Positions 40,401 through 50,469 are shown, numbered from the stretch's first letter. The stretch is DNA of 64,000 bases from Bacteroidia bacterium (GCA_965229165.1 OZ245863.1:1750387-1814386); one strand, 5' to 3'. Program-made: numbers and translations. The notes: generated by a model not told the origin, from the letters alone.

Positions 40401-41498
40401 TTATCGTTTAATAATTTCCAATTCAACTCGTCTATTTAAAGCTTTACCTTCATCCGTATCGTTACTGGCAATTGGTTGACTACTACCAAAACCTTTAAAG
40501 TACAATTTATTTTGCACACCTTTTTTAATCAAGTACTCAAATACTTCGCGTGCCCGCAATTCGCTAACTTTTTGATTTTTAATTTTAAGTCCACTATTAT
40601 CGCTATGCCCGTTAATTTGAATTTGAATGTTTGGATTTTTCATTAAATATTGCGCTAATTTATTAAGCTCAATAAACGATTCGGGTAATAAATAATGGCG
40701 TCCGTTTTCAAAAAAAATATTTTTTAAAGCTAACTTTTCGCCTACTTTAATATCTTTATTTACTTGTAAGACACTGTCCTCTTGGTTATTACGTAGGTTA
40801 GGCCCTACAATTTCTACATCTACTTTTTCTTCGCCAATAGTGGTTTTTACTAATTTAATATCGTCAACAAAGTAATAGGCTTCTTTAAACTTAGCCGATA
40901 GTCCGTACAAGCGAACCATATCTTTTTTAACCACAGGCATAAAATTACCTATGGTAATGTATTTTTCGCCGCCATCGGCTTTGTAAAAACCTTTTATAGT
41001 AAACCATTCAAAGCCTTTAAGCAATCCGCTACTTTTTTTGCACACCGTATCAAACATATTACTTTTTACTACATCGGCTTGTTTGGAATACCCCACTTTA
41101 CTAAATAAAACCCCCATTGATTTTAATACCGCATTGCTCCAAAAAGCTAAACGTACTTGCATGCTAAATTCGTAAACAGTACCACGGTGCAGGGGCTCTA
41201 CCAATTTTACCTGTAAAAACTCTTTGTACTTTTTTTGAAAACGAAAACCTGCATAACAATAGCCATCGTAAGCGCCTTTTTGTAATGTTGTATCGTTAGT
41301 TAATGGGTTTTGGTAAAAATCAACAGAGGCAATACCTTGCCAAGGGATAGCATTTTTAATAGTTTCTGATTTTTTTCGGTAATTTTCGAAACTACCGTTG
41401 GGTACTAAATTTTTTTGGGGTTTAACTTCTGTATTTATCTGTGCTTTTACCACAACAAATAGACTTAAATAGAAGAAAAGTATATAAAAACACCTCAT
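40401..41498 (-). CDS. OmpA-family protein
   Basis: C-terminal NIFF, GHSDN, SELRA, GFG.SQP, NRRVE. Confidence 0.92.
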   Translation of the reverse strand: MRCFYILFFYLSLFVVVKAQINTEVKPQKNLVPNGSFENYRKKSETIKNAIPWQGIASVDFYQNPLTNDTTLQKGAYDGYCYAGFRFQKKYKEFLQVKLVEPLHRGTVYEFSMQVRLAFWSNAVLKSMGVLFSKVGYSKQADVVKSNMFDTVCKKSSGLLKGFEWFTIKGFYKADGGEKYITIGNFMPVVKKDMVRLYGLSAKFKEAYYFVDDIKLVKTTIGEEKVDVEIVGPNLRNNQEDSVLQVNKDIKVGEKLALKNIFFENGRHYLLPESFIELNKLAQYLMKNPNIQIQINGHSDNSGLKIKNQKVSELRAREVFEYLIKKGVQNKLYFKGFGSSQPIASNDTDEGKALNRRVELEIIKR

Positions 41499-41550
41499 TT
41501 TTACAAAAATAGCGTTAAATTTATTTTATAAATAAAATTGTTTTAAACAC

Positions 41551-41579
41551 TTGTATATTTAAAATTTTATGTATATTTG
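41551..41579 (+). promoter_or_regulatory. Bacteroidota primary-sigma promoter of rpsT
   Basis: TTG (41551-41553) ... TATATTTG (41572-41579). Confidence 0.7.
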
Positions 41580-41618
41580 CCTTCCCAAAAATAGGGATAA
41601 TTAAACGAATTTAATAAA

Positions 41619-41873
41619 ATGGCAAATCATAAATCATCTATCAAACGCATTCGTAGTAACGATGCAAAACGTGTAGAAAACCGTTATTACGCAAAAACTA
41701 CCCGTAACGCAGTAAAAGCTTTACGTACCTTAACTTCTAAAAAAGAAGCGCAAGACTTATTACCTAAAGTATCGAGTATGTTAGATAAATTAGCTAAAAA
41801 GAGTGTTATTCATAAAAATAAAGCAGGCAATTTAAAAAGTAAGTTAGCTAAAAAAGTAGCTACTTTAAAATAG
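41619..41873 (+). CDS. rpsT: 30S ribosomal protein S20
   Basis: [12 protein letters not shown]...[13 protein letters not shown]. Confidence 0.97.
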   Translation: MANHKSSIKRIRSNDAKRVENRYYAKTTRNAVKALRTLTSKKEAQDLLPKVSSMLDKLAKKSVIHKNKAGNLKSKLAKKVATLK

Positions 41874-41892
41874 TTTTAACCTTATAATTTTA

Positions 41893-41930
41893 AAAAAAAA
41901 AGCTGAACAATTTTGTTCAGCTTTTTTTTT
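41893..41930. terminator. Bidirectional intrinsic terminator
   Basis: A-run-GCTGAACAA / TTGTTCAGC-T-run hairpin after rpsT. Confidence 0.85.
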
Positions 41931-41990
41931 AATTAAATCTCAAAATTAAAACAAAACAATTCTCCATTTCGTTGAATAATGGTATTTCTT

Positions 41991-42188
41991 CCTACTTTTT
42001 TTTGTCAAAAAGTAGGCAAAAGACAAGGCTCGGCAAATTGCCACGCACTCTTAATTTTTGTTGAAATTGGGGCGAAGTAAAAAATTCTGCCTTTAAACAT
42101 ATAGTTAGCAGAATTTTGAAGGACAAGCCCCTTCGCCGAATTTCACACCAAAAATTAATTCACGCCCTCGCATGCCAAACGCCGAGCC
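41991..42188. repeat. Multi-helix structured intergenic element (MITE/REPIN-like or ncRNA)
   Basis: Helices: 41991-42000/42007-42016 (10 bp); 42027-42034/42181-42188 (8 bp); 42053-42077/42131-42156 (long, imperfect); 42081-42090/42108-42117 (10 bp). Confidence 0.65.
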
Positions 42189-42256
42189 ATTGCCAACGCA
42201 CAGATTATCTTATAGTTGTAATTAATGGAACTTAACCGTTTTTGATAATATTTTAA

Positions 42257-43291
42257 CTAAATTTTATTTAAAATAGCTAAATTAATATCCTTAATTAATT
42301 TTGGTCCATGGTAAACAAAACCTGTGTAAAGTTGAATTAAATCGGCACCTGCATTTAATTTTTCGAGTGCATCTTGCGGAGAATGAATGCCACCCACTCC
42401 AATAACAGGAAAACTATTCTTTGATTTTTGTTTTAAATACCTTATTACTTCAGTACTTCTTTTAGTTAAGGGTTTACCGCTTAACCCGCCCATCCCTATT
42501 TTTTCGATATATTGGTTATCGTAGCTTAATCCGTCGCGGCTAATGGTTGTATTGGTGGCAATAATGCCAGCAATTTTTGTAGTTGTAATTATTTCAATAA
42601 TATCGTCTAATTGTGTATTCGTTAAATCGGGCGCTATTTTTAATAAAATAGGTTTGGGATTATTTTTTTTACTATTTAAGTTTTGAAGTGTGTTTAGTAA
42701 GTGTGTTAAAGGTTCTTTTTCTTGCAGTTCTCTTAAATTTGGTGTGTTTGGCGACGAAACATTTACAACAAAATAATCCACTACATCAAACAATTGATTA
42801 AAACAAAAAACATAGTCGTTTACAGCTTCGCTATTTGGTGTTAGTTTATTTTTGCCGATGTTACCGCCAATAATTAGGTTTTTGTCTTTTCTATTTTTTA
42901 ATTTTAAAGCAGCTTCGGTAGCGCCCAAATTGTTAAAGCCCATTCTATTAATTAGAGCTTCGTTTTTAGGGAGTCTGAATAAACGTGGTTGCTCGTTACC
43001 AGGTTGAGGTTTAGGTGTAACCGTACCAATTTCGATAAAACCAAAGCCTAAATTGCCAAGTTGATTAAAAGTAGTTGCATCTTTATCCAAACCTGCGGCT
43101 AAACCGATAGGATTTTTAAATGTTAAACCTAAAACAGTTTTTTTAAGTTTTGGATTTGTTACGTTAAATGCTTTTTTTATAAAAAAGGTAAAAAATGGCA
43201 AATAATTAACCCATTTTAGCATAAAAAAGGTAAAATAATGTGCTTTTTCGGGTTTTAATTTAAAAAGAAAAAATTTTAAGAGCTTATACAT
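42257..43291 (-). CDS. pyrD: Quinone-dependent dihydroorotate dehydrogenase
   Basis: [45 protein letters not shown]; likely start 43291. Confidence 0.96.
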   Translation of the reverse strand: MYKLLKFFLFKLKPEKAHYFTFFMLKWVNYLPFFTFFIKKAFNVTNPKLKKTVLGLTFKNPIGLAAGLDKDATTFNQLGNLGFGFIEIGTVTPKPQPGNEQPRLFRLPKNEALINRMGFNNLGATEAALKLKNRKDKNLIIGGNIGKNKLTPNSEAVNDYVFCFNQLFDVVDYFVVNVSSPNTPNLRELQEKEPLTHLLNTLQNLNSKKNNPKPILLKIAPDLTNTQLDDIIEIITTTKIAGIIATNTTISRDGLSYDNQYIEKIGMGGLSGKPLTKRSTEVIRYLKQKSKNSFPVIGVGGIHSPQDALEKLNAGADLIQLYTGFVYHGPKLIKDINLAILNKI

Positions 43292-43436
43292 AAAGTTCAA
43301 AATTACCAATATTTAAGCTAAAAAATAATTAAGGCTTAAAATGTTAAAAAAAAATATGCTTTTTTGTTTTTTTTTGGCTTTTGTATAAAAATAATAGTAT
43401 TTTTGCGCTAAATTTATAAAAACCAAAACAATCAAA

Positions 43437-43706
43437 ATGAAAAAAGTATTATCAATCGTTGCTATTGCAGCATTATCTGCTACTTTTGTAGCTTGTGGCC
43501 CATCTAAAGAAGAAATTGAAGCAAAAGAAAAATTAAAACAAGATTCAATTGCTGCTGTAGAAAAAATGAAACAAGATTCAATTGCTGCTGTAGAAGCTGA
43601 AGCTGCTAAAGCTGCTGAAATGGCTGCTGCTGCTGAAAAAGCAAAAGCTGATTCAATTCACATGGCTGATTCATTAGCTCATGTAAAAGGTGGTAAGAAA
43701 CACTAA
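43437..43706 (+). CDS. Small Ala-rich lipoprotein with DSI repeats
   Basis: Lipobox FVAC; KQDSIAAVE twice (27-bp exact DNA repeat at 43536 and 43569); followed by a terminator. Confidence 0.8.
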   Translation: MKKVLSIVAIAALSATFVACGPSKEEIEAKEKLKQDSIAAVEKMKQDSIAAVEAEAAKAAEMAAAAEKAKADSIHMADSLAHVKGGKKH

Positions 43707-43727
43707 AAATTAGTTTCAACTAATTAC

Positions 43728-43763
43728 AAAAAACCTTTAACGTTTGGTTAAAGGTTTTTTTTT
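43728..43763 (+). terminator. Intrinsic terminator
   Basis: AAAAACCTTTAAC...GTTAAAGGTTTTT hairpin plus T run. Confidence 0.8.
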
Positions 43764-43778
43764 ATTTTAATAAATTAT

Positions 43779-43809
43779 TTTGCCTAATAAAATTAATTTA
43801 TTACATTTG
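43779..43809 (+). promoter_or_regulatory. Primary-sigma promoter of tRNA-Asp
   Basis: TTTG (43779-43782)-N19-TACATTTG (43802-43809). Confidence 0.8.
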
Positions 43810-43836
43810 CACTCCCTAAATTAAAATTAGGAGAAC

Positions 43837-43910
43837 GGATTGGTAGTTCAGCTGGTTAGAATGCCGCCCTGTCACGGCGGAGGTCGCGGGTTCGAGTCCC
43901 GTCCAGTCCG
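43837..43910 (+). tRNA. tRNA-Asp(GTC)
   Basis: Acceptor stem GGATTGG/CCAGTCC; anticodon arm CCGCC-CTGTCAC-GGCGG; T loop GGTTCGAGTCC; CCA not encoded. Confidence 0.97.
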
Positions 43911-43918
43911 CAAGTATT

Positions 43919-43951
43919 AGACCTGTAAACAATTAGTTTACAGGTCTTTTT
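43919..43951 (+). terminator. Hairpin after tRNA-Asp
   Basis: AGACCTGTAAAC-AATTA-GTTTACAGGTCT followed by Ts. Confidence 0.8.
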
Positions 43952-44128
43952 AATTTTGGCTTGCCGTTGATTAATTAAACCCTTGTTTTTCGTTTTTGCA
44001 GTATGATTTATAAACTGTACGCGCACTCTTGGTATATTCAATGGTAACGGAGACAATTATTTTGATAATTCAAAATACAACAAGGACTTTATTGTTAATC
44101 TAAATGATTGAAATGAAGTATACTGAAC

Positions 44129-45559
44129 TTAATAAGCATTGGAAATCGTATTGAAATCGATAAAGTAAAAGCACCTGTAATTAGTTGCCTCAAATTTTTT
44201 AATTTGAGTCTTAAATTTAAGTTGGCTCTTGGCATCAAATTCATAATGTAAATTAATAAACTTTGTTACAAAAGTTTCAAGCTCATAACCAGCACCACGT
44301 TTTTTTAAATAATTCTGAATTGATCTTGCCTCAGGTTCAATATAAATAAATTCTTTGTTTTTTACATGAATAAATAATTTTAATATTTTAGCATATAAAA
44401 ACTCTTCTACTCTTTTATCAATTTCATTTACTATCTTATTTAAAAAAAATAAGCTCTCTTTATAATTATTTGTGTTAAAGTAATGTTTGGCAGTAAAATA
44501 GTATATCGAAGCGGTATATTTGGTAGAGAAGTACTCGCTGTTTTTAATGAGTGATGGTTTTTGCTCCTCAATAAAAACAATAGCCTCGCTACTTTTATTT
44601 TGTGTGTGAAACCATTTTAATTTAATTAAATACCAACGTTCGTAACAAAATGCAAAGCGATAATTTTGAGAAATTTGGCTCATTAAATTTTCTAAAACTG
44701 CTAGGTCATTCTCAAAATCAAGTAAGTAGTTGCATTTTAAACTTAACAAAAGGTAATTTCCCATTTCGAGTAAAGTTTGTAACTCAACTTTGTTGCCTTT
44801 ACTACCTCTTTTTATAAGCAAATAATTTTTAGCATAACTTAGGGCTTTGTTGTAGTTTAAAACTGCGCTATAATATTCAGTCATTGCCATGTTATATAAA
44901 CTCTGAGAGGTTTTAGAATACAAATCTTTTGAAGTAAAATCAATGATAGGTTTAATAATCGCTTGTAATTGTTGTTTCTCTTTTTCTGATTGGCAGAAAT
45001 ATTTACTTTTTAAATACAGTTTAATTTTAAAATATACGTCAGAAACAAAGGCGTAGTTAGAAATAATTTTTATTACCCTATTTCTTTCTGCTATAACCCG
45101 CGTTAATTGAGAAGATTCAAGATTATAATCGGATTTAAAAACTTCAACATATTCTTGATTTAAAATGTACAAATGTTTAATAAAAGCTTCATCTTCGAGC
45201 GTGATTTTTTTTATCTTTTTTAATTGAATTTGAGCTGCATGATTAAGTCCTTTAAATAGAAGTATTTTATATTTTTCAATTTCCCAACTGTGTTGCGAAT
45301 CTATATCTTTATATAAACCGCTTAACTGAACCGAGTTAATAATGTTTTCAAATAAATAGTTCTTAGCAACTGATAAATTTTTTGGAAAAAGTTTGTTTAA
45401 TTCAACGTCATTATATTTTTTTTGTTTTTCAAGAGTTTCAAATAAGGTTAAATAAAGTTTATCTCCTTTTAGCACATGAGATTGTAGTTTAAACAACCGT
45501 TTTTCACCCTTTGTTAAACTATCAATTAATAGTTTTAAATCATCACTTCCTTTTTTCAT
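44129..45559 (-). CDS. Uncharacterised all-helical (TPR-like) protein, putative regulator
   Basis: N-terminal L..LI.SL...EKR.FK motif, then a helical Tyr/Lys-rich body; no signal peptide; divergent from secreted enzymes. Confidence 0.6.
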   Translation of the reverse strand: MKKGSDDLKLLIDSLTKGEKRLFKLQSHVLKGDKLYLTLFETLEKQKKYNDVELNKLFPKNLSVAKNYLFENIINSVQLSGLYKDIDSQHSWEIEKYKILLFKGLNHAAQIQLKKIKKITLEDEAFIKHLYILNQEYVEVFKSDYNLESSQLTRVIAERNRVIKIISNYAFVSDVYFKIKLYLKSKYFCQSEKEKQQLQAIIKPIIDFTSKDLYSKTSQSLYNMAMTEYYSAVLNYNKALSYAKNYLLIKRGSKGNKVELQTLLEMGNYLLLSLKCNYLLDFENDLAVLENLMSQISQNYRFAFCYERWYLIKLKWFHTQNKSSEAIVFIEEQKPSLIKNSEYFSTKYTASIYYFTAKHYFNTNNYKESLFFLNKIVNEIDKRVEEFLYAKILKLFIHVKNKEFIYIEPEARSIQNYLKKRGAGYELETFVTKFINLHYEFDAKSQLKFKTQIKKFEATNYRCFYFIDFNTISNAY

Positions 45560-45709
45560 TTTTAATTTTAAAAAACTAATTTATAAGTTATTATATTATT
45601 GATAGTCAAATATATAAAATATTATTTATATTTTAAAGAACTAATTTATAACTGTATTTTGTTTTAGCGAAACGATTAATTGATATAATTTTGAATAAAA
45701 ATCAAAACT

Positions 45710-47089
45710 ATGAAAACGCTATTATTTATTTTATCGTTAAGCATCACTGGTATTGCTGCTGCTCAAACAGCAATTGGTGATACCTGCGCAAACAATCGTT
45801 TTAATCCAAACTTAACAACGTTTGCGTTTGCAAATACCAATACCACTCAAGTAATTTATGGTACATCAAGCACCACAAATGTAGCAAGGGTTTATAGCCC
45901 TCAAGGAGATTTAAACACCTGCCGACCTGTGGTTTTATGGGCACATGGCGGAGGTTTTACCGGAGGATCGTATTTAGAACAAAAAACTACAGATATGATG
46001 CAGCAATTGGCGCGGAAGGGTTATGTGGCTGTAGCCATGCGTTATCGCTTGTCGTCGCCTACTACATCTACAACTTTACAATTTCAAGAGGCAATGATAA
46101 AAGGAGTGCAAGATATGATTGCAGCAATTAGATTTATTAGAGCAAACGCAAACGCACTTGGCATAGATACTAGCCAAATATTTATTGGTGGTTCATCGGC
46201 CGGAGCTATTATAGCGAATCATGCGGCGTTTATGGATTTAGGAGAGGCTTTTACCCCTGCTATTACAAACCAAGGGGGCAGTTATAATGTTACAACATTA
46301 CCTACCTACACCAACGTACCCTACAATGTAGCAGGTTGTGTAACACAGGCAGGGGCTATTTGGGATTTAACTTTTTTAAATAACGAAACAACGCCCTGGG
46401 GAGCTGTTCACAACACAACCGACCCAACGGTGGCATACAATACCGGTGGCGGTAGCCAACAAATATTTACGCAACTTCAAACACAAAATGTAAAATCATT
46501 TTTAAAAACTACTTATAGTCCAAATTTGCATACACCGTTTCCTGCTACGCCAACAGCGCCTTATGTAGATACGTTTAATTTGGCCAGTTACAAACAATTA
46601 TATGCCATGCTTAAACACCAAGGTTCGGCAAGTGTAACAGTAAACAGTAACACACTAACGGCAATTCCTAGCGGACAAAACTATCAATGGTATTTAAACA
46701 ACACAGCCATTCAAAGCGCAACAAATGCGGTTTATACAGCTACTGTTAGTGGAAACTATTTTGTACAAGTTAAAAACTGTGCTACTTGTTTTTCTTCATC
46801 GCAAAGTGTTTCGGTAACAATTGTAACTACTGGCATAAAAAAAATGGACTTACAAAATCAAATTTTAGTTTATCCTTCGCCTTGTAAAGATAAAATTGAG
46901 TTTAAAAACCTAAAACATATCAAGTCTATTGAAATAGTTTCTGTAGGCGGAAAAAAGATACACAGTAATAGTAACATTTATGATAATTTTACTGTTAACA
47001 CGTCGCTTTGGGAAGACGGGCTTTATTTTGCTGAACTAGTGAATGACGATGACAGCAAAGTAATTGTAAAGTTTTTAAAGATGAATTAA
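45710..47089 (+). CDS. T9SS-secreted alpha/beta-hydrolase (esterase)
   Basis: HGGGF, GSSAG nucleophile, TTDPTV, LHTP; Ig-like linker; C-terminal sorting domain. Confidence 0.88.
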   Translation: MKTLLFILSLSITGIAAAQTAIGDTCANNRFNPNLTTFAFANTNTTQVIYGTSSTTNVARVYSPQGDLNTCRPVVLWAHGGGFTGGSYLEQKTTDMMQQLARKGYVAVAMRYRLSSPTTSTTLQFQEAMIKGVQDMIAAIRFIRANANALGIDTSQIFIGGSSAGAIIANHAAFMDLGEAFTPAITNQGGSYNVTTLPTYTNVPYNVAGCVTQAGAIWDLTFLNNETTPWGAVHNTTDPTVAYNTGGGSQQIFTQLQTQNVKSFLKTTYSPNLHTPFPATPTAPYVDTFNLASYKQLYAMLKHQGSASVTVNSNTLTAIPSGQNYQWYLNNTAIQSATNAVYTATVSGNYFVQVKNCATCFSSSQSVSVTIVTTGIKKMDLQNQILVYPSPCKDKIEFKNLKHIKSIEIVSVGGKKIHSNSNIYDNFTVNTSLWEDGLYFAELVNDDDSKVIVKFLKMN

Positions 47090-47139
47090 TGCGTGTGTTT
47101 TTATAAACTAAAATTTTCTAACCAAAAAAAATTAAAAAT

Positions 47140-48258
47140 ATGAAAAAGACTATTTTAATGATCTTCTTTTTAACGGTATTAAAAGGAACATCTCAAACAA
47201 ACAAAACATTTTTTTTAGGACACAGTCTAGTTAATCTTGATTTGCCTAACATGGTAAGAAAATTATCAATTGCCGGTTCTAAAGTATTTACATACAGTGT
47301 TAACATAGCAAACGGCGCCAATTTACAATATCACTGGAATAACTCAACTACTACTCAAGGTAATTCCTGGAAAACCACTTTGCCTTTAGGCGGTTTCGAA
47401 AATTTTATACTTACGGAAGCCGTGCCGCTTCAAGGCCACTTAACTTGGAGTAAAACTTACAGGTTTGCCGATAGTTTGTACCGTTATGCAAAATTACAAA
47501 ATCCAAACATACAAATTTATATATATGAAACGTGGCATTGCACCAGTAGTGGTAATGGCAGCACGTCTGGAACCGGAGGCTATCCATGCAGTTGGGATCC
47601 AGAAAGCACTACATTATGGAGAACACGTTTAAATAATGATTTACCTAAATGGCAAAGCATTGCTGATTCAATAAATTTAATTCATACAAACCCAATGTTA
47701 ATTATACCGGCAGGCCAGGCATTGGCTCAGTTGTATGATAGCATTGTTGCCAATAAAGTGCCCGGTATTACTTCTATTAATCAATTATATACAGATAATA
47801 TCCATTTAACCAACACTGGCAATTATTTTATTGCTTGTGTTATGTATGGCGCAATTCATAAAACGCCGCCTACAGGGTTACCAAACCAGTTAACCAATCC
47901 ATGGAATTCTCTTTACACTGATTTTCCGACCGCCACGCAGGCAGGTATTTTTCAGCGCATTGCTTGGAAAACGCTTTGCGCTTATCTAAGAGACGGTGTA
48001 AATTGTATTACTACTAATATTAACGAATCAGCTAGTGCTGAAAAAATTACGGTTAGTCCAAACCCTGCTAACAGTAAAATTAACATTCAAACAAACGAAA
48101 CAGAATTTACAATAGAAATTGTTAATATGCTTGGACAAATAATGTTACAAGAAAAAAATAAAACATTAGTAGATGTTAGTCAACTGCCAGAAGGTACTTA
48201 CTTTTTGCGTTACTCAGGCAAAACTAATTTTTGTAAGAAAATATGCATTACAGATTAA
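47140..48258 (+). CDS. T9SS-secreted SGNH-like hydrolase
   Basis: LGHSL block I and DNIH (DxxH) block V; C-terminal SPNP...LPEGTYF. Confidence 0.78.
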   Translation: MKKTILMIFFLTVLKGTSQTNKTFFLGHSLVNLDLPNMVRKLSIAGSKVFTYSVNIANGANLQYHWNNSTTTQGNSWKTTLPLGGFENFILTEAVPLQGHLTWSKTYRFADSLYRYAKLQNPNIQIYIYETWHCTSSGNGSTSGTGGYPCSWDPESTTLWRTRLNNDLPKWQSIADSINLIHTNPMLIIPAGQALAQLYDSIVANKVPGITSINQLYTDNIHLTNTGNYFIACVMYGAIHKTPPTGLPNQLTNPWNSLYTDFPTATQAGIFQRIAWKTLCAYLRDGVNCITTNINESASAEKITVSPNPANSKINIQTNETEFTIEIVNMLGQIMLQEKNKTLVDVSQLPEGTYFLRYSGKTNFCKKICITD

Positions 48259-48437
48259 TAGTAATGAATGAACTATTTAACCATTTTTGCAGGATTAGTT
48301 TTAATAGTCATTCATTTTAGTTGCCAGAAATTTATTAGAAAGATATTTTATTTGTATTTATTGGTTTGCCTGTAGTTTTACCACAAAAAAACTATTAAAA
48401 TAGTAAATAATAGCACTATTTTTATTTTCTTTATAAA

Positions 48438-49367
48438 ATGATATTTGCTTTTATAGCTTGTATATGTTGGAGTTTGGCTATTTTTCCGGTTAATGAAGCC
48501 GTTAAAAGAATAGGACATGAGCCGGTAAATTTTCTAAGACATTTAGTTGGATTTATTTTATTTACACTCTTAATTATTACATTCAAATCAAGTTATTATT
48601 TTGGAGTTATCTATGGAAATAAATTACCAATTGTATTATTGCTAATTTCGGGCGTATTTGGTCTTGTCTTAAGCGATTTGTTGAGGTTAAAATCATTAAA
48701 TACATTAGGAATTAAAACCGTAAGTGTATTTTCATCTTTTCAACCGGTTTTAAGTCTCATTTTAGGATATTTTTTCTTAAGCGAAAATCATAACTTAATC
48801 GGAATTATTGGATTGGTATTTGTTTGCTGTGGGTTATTGTTGTATTTTTTTTCAAAAAAAGAACAGGCCGAAGTTTTAAAAGCGGGTTACAGTTTAAATA
48901 TAAAAGCGATACTTGTATTATTGGTGTGTATGTTATTTCAGGGGTTAGCAATTGTATTTTCAAAAAAAGCTATAATACAATTAAACAATAGGTTTGAAGC
49001 CTATGAAATAGCCTATACTAGAATTATTGGAGCCGTAATAGTAATGTTTATATATGCCCTTATTAACCGTAAATTAATTACCTGGCTAACAGATTTTAAG
49101 CAAAATAAAAATAATGCCAACAAGTACTTTATTACAAGCACAACTCTGGGAAATGTTATTGCGGTTTCTTGCTCAATTTACGCTTTGTCAAAGTTAGACA
49201 GTGTAGTAGCTCAATCTATTTATAGTTTGACTCCATTTTTTATAATCCCATTAAATTATTTTATCAATAAGGAAAAGATTACAATTGTTACGTTCGTTAG
49301 TTTTTTAATATCCATTATAGGCGCTTACCTTATTTTATGGGAAAATAAAATAATGGTGCGTTTTTAA
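48438..49367 (+). CDS. DMT/EamA family transporter
   Basis: About 10 TM segments in two EamA repeats. Confidence 0.88.
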   Translation: MIFAFIACICWSLAIFPVNEAVKRIGHEPVNFLRHLVGFILFTLLIITFKSSYYFGVIYGNKLPIVLLLISGVFGLVLSDLLRLKSLNTLGIKTVSVFSSFQPVLSLILGYFFLSENHNLIGIIGLVFVCCGLLLYFFSKKEQAEVLKAGYSLNIKAILVLLVCMLFQGLAIVFSKKAIIQLNNRFEAYEIAYTRIIGAVIVMFIYALINRKLITWLTDFKQNKNNANKYFITSTTLGNVIAVSCSIYALSKLDSVVAQSIYSLTPFFIIPLNYFINKEKITIVTFVSFLISIIGAYLILWENKIMVRF

Positions 49368-49426
49368 ATTTGTGCGAAATTTATGCCCATTGAAGCAACA
49401 TTAGTATTTAAAAAGTAGTTCCAACT

Positions 49427-49457
49427 TTTGATAATTTATAAAAAATGGCTAAATTTG
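49427..49457 (+). promoter_or_regulatory. Candidate array promoter (Pc-like)
   Basis: TTTG (49427-49430)-N19-TAAATTTG (49450-49457), about 80 bp upstream of the first cassette core site. Confidence 0.65.
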
Positions 49458-49539
49458 GTAATACTCTAAAAAATAGAAAACCTAATCCTATCCTGCAAAA
49501 TTTTCAAAGAATGATTAGAAAAGTTAAGGGTATAAGTAA

Positions 49540-49547
49540 GTTAGCTG
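49540..49547 (+). other. Lone core site GTTAGCTG (candidate attI / left end of cassette 1)
   Basis: GTTAGCTGCAAGC matches the reverse complement of the cassette 1 right end (GCCAGCCGCTAAC) at 10/13; no attC arm upstream of it. Confidence 0.55.
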
Positions 49548-49620
49548 CAAGCATTTGGGACGACCCGAAAACTGAAAATGAATAAACAGAAATATTAACT
49601 TTGACAAAAACAAAAAAAAC

Positions 49621-50031
49621 ATGAAACAGCTTCTACTATTAACTATTATTTGTTTGACCTATGGTTGTGCAACGACAAAAAACAACTCAAAAATTTCATT
49701 TATTTTAAATGGGACTTGGACACCTATTAAACAAGAAATTGGTGGCAAAGAATTACCGCCAGTTGTCTTTCAAACACAAAAATTAATTATTACTGATAGC
49801 ATCTATACTTTAACAGCCGAGAGTGTTGACAAAGGAACATTGAAATACAAAAATGGGAAAATGGATATATACGGTAAAGAAGGTGTAAACTCAGGAAAAC
49901 ATTTTACTGCAATTTACAAAATTGAAAATGAACAATTAACCATTTGTTACAATCTTAAAGGAGACGATTACCCTTCAAATTTTGAAACAAAATCTGCACC
50001 GACTCTTTTCCTTTCTATTTTCAAAAAATAA
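49621..50031 (+). CDS. Cassette 1 gene A: lipoprotein, TIGR03067/lipocalin-like
   Basis: Lipobox TYGC; L.GTW, G...IY.....LTICY...G...P..F. Confidence 0.75.
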   Translation: MKQLLLLTIICLTYGCATTKNNSKISFILNGTWTPIKQEIGGKELPPVVFQTQKLIITDSIYTLTAESVDKGTLKYKNGKMDIYGKEGVNSGKHFTAIYKIENEQLTICYNLKGDDYPSNFETKSAPTLFLSIFKK

Positions 50032-50046
50032 TAATCTTAATAAGCC

Positions 50047-50469
50047 ATGGCGAAAAATAAAACGACAGAAACTACTATAAGCGTTAACGACTTTATTAAC
50101 GCTGTAAAGGACGAAACTAAACGTGAAGACAGTTTTAACCTGGTTGCACTAATAAAAAAGCAAACAGGACTTGAACCTAAAATGTGGGGACCAAGTATTA
50201 TTGGTTTTGGCAGTTATCATTACAAATATGAAAGTGGACACGAAGGCGACAGCCCTCTTGTTGGATTTTCTCCAAGAGCATCTGCAATCACTTTGTATTT
50301 ATCTGGACACTTTGAAAAACGAGAAGAGTTACTTGAAAAACTTGGCAAACACAAGACAGATAAAGGTTGCATTTATGTAAAAAAAATTGAAGACATAAAC
50401 ATAGAGACACTTCAAAAAATGATAACCAACCACATTAAACATATTCAAAAACTTTACCCAGAAAAATGA
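50047..50469 (+). CDS. Cassette 1 gene B: DUF1801 family protein
   Basis: PKMWGPSIIGFGSYHYKYESGHEGD; LGKHK..KGC.Y.KK. Confidence 0.9.
   Translation: MAKNKTTETTISVNDFINAVKDETKREDSFNLVALIKKQTGLEPKMWGPSIIGFGSYHYKYESGHEGDSPLVGFSPRASAITLYLSGHFEKREELLEKLGKHKTDKGCIYVKKIEDINIETLQKMITNHIKHIQKLYPEK

Noticed and set aside
43856-44056. 66-aa minus-strand ORF
   Set aside because: Antisense to tRNA-Asp and its terminator; spurious.
43995-44100. Possible pseudogene fragment after tRNA-Asp
   Set aside because: Only very short open stretches with no recognisable motif.
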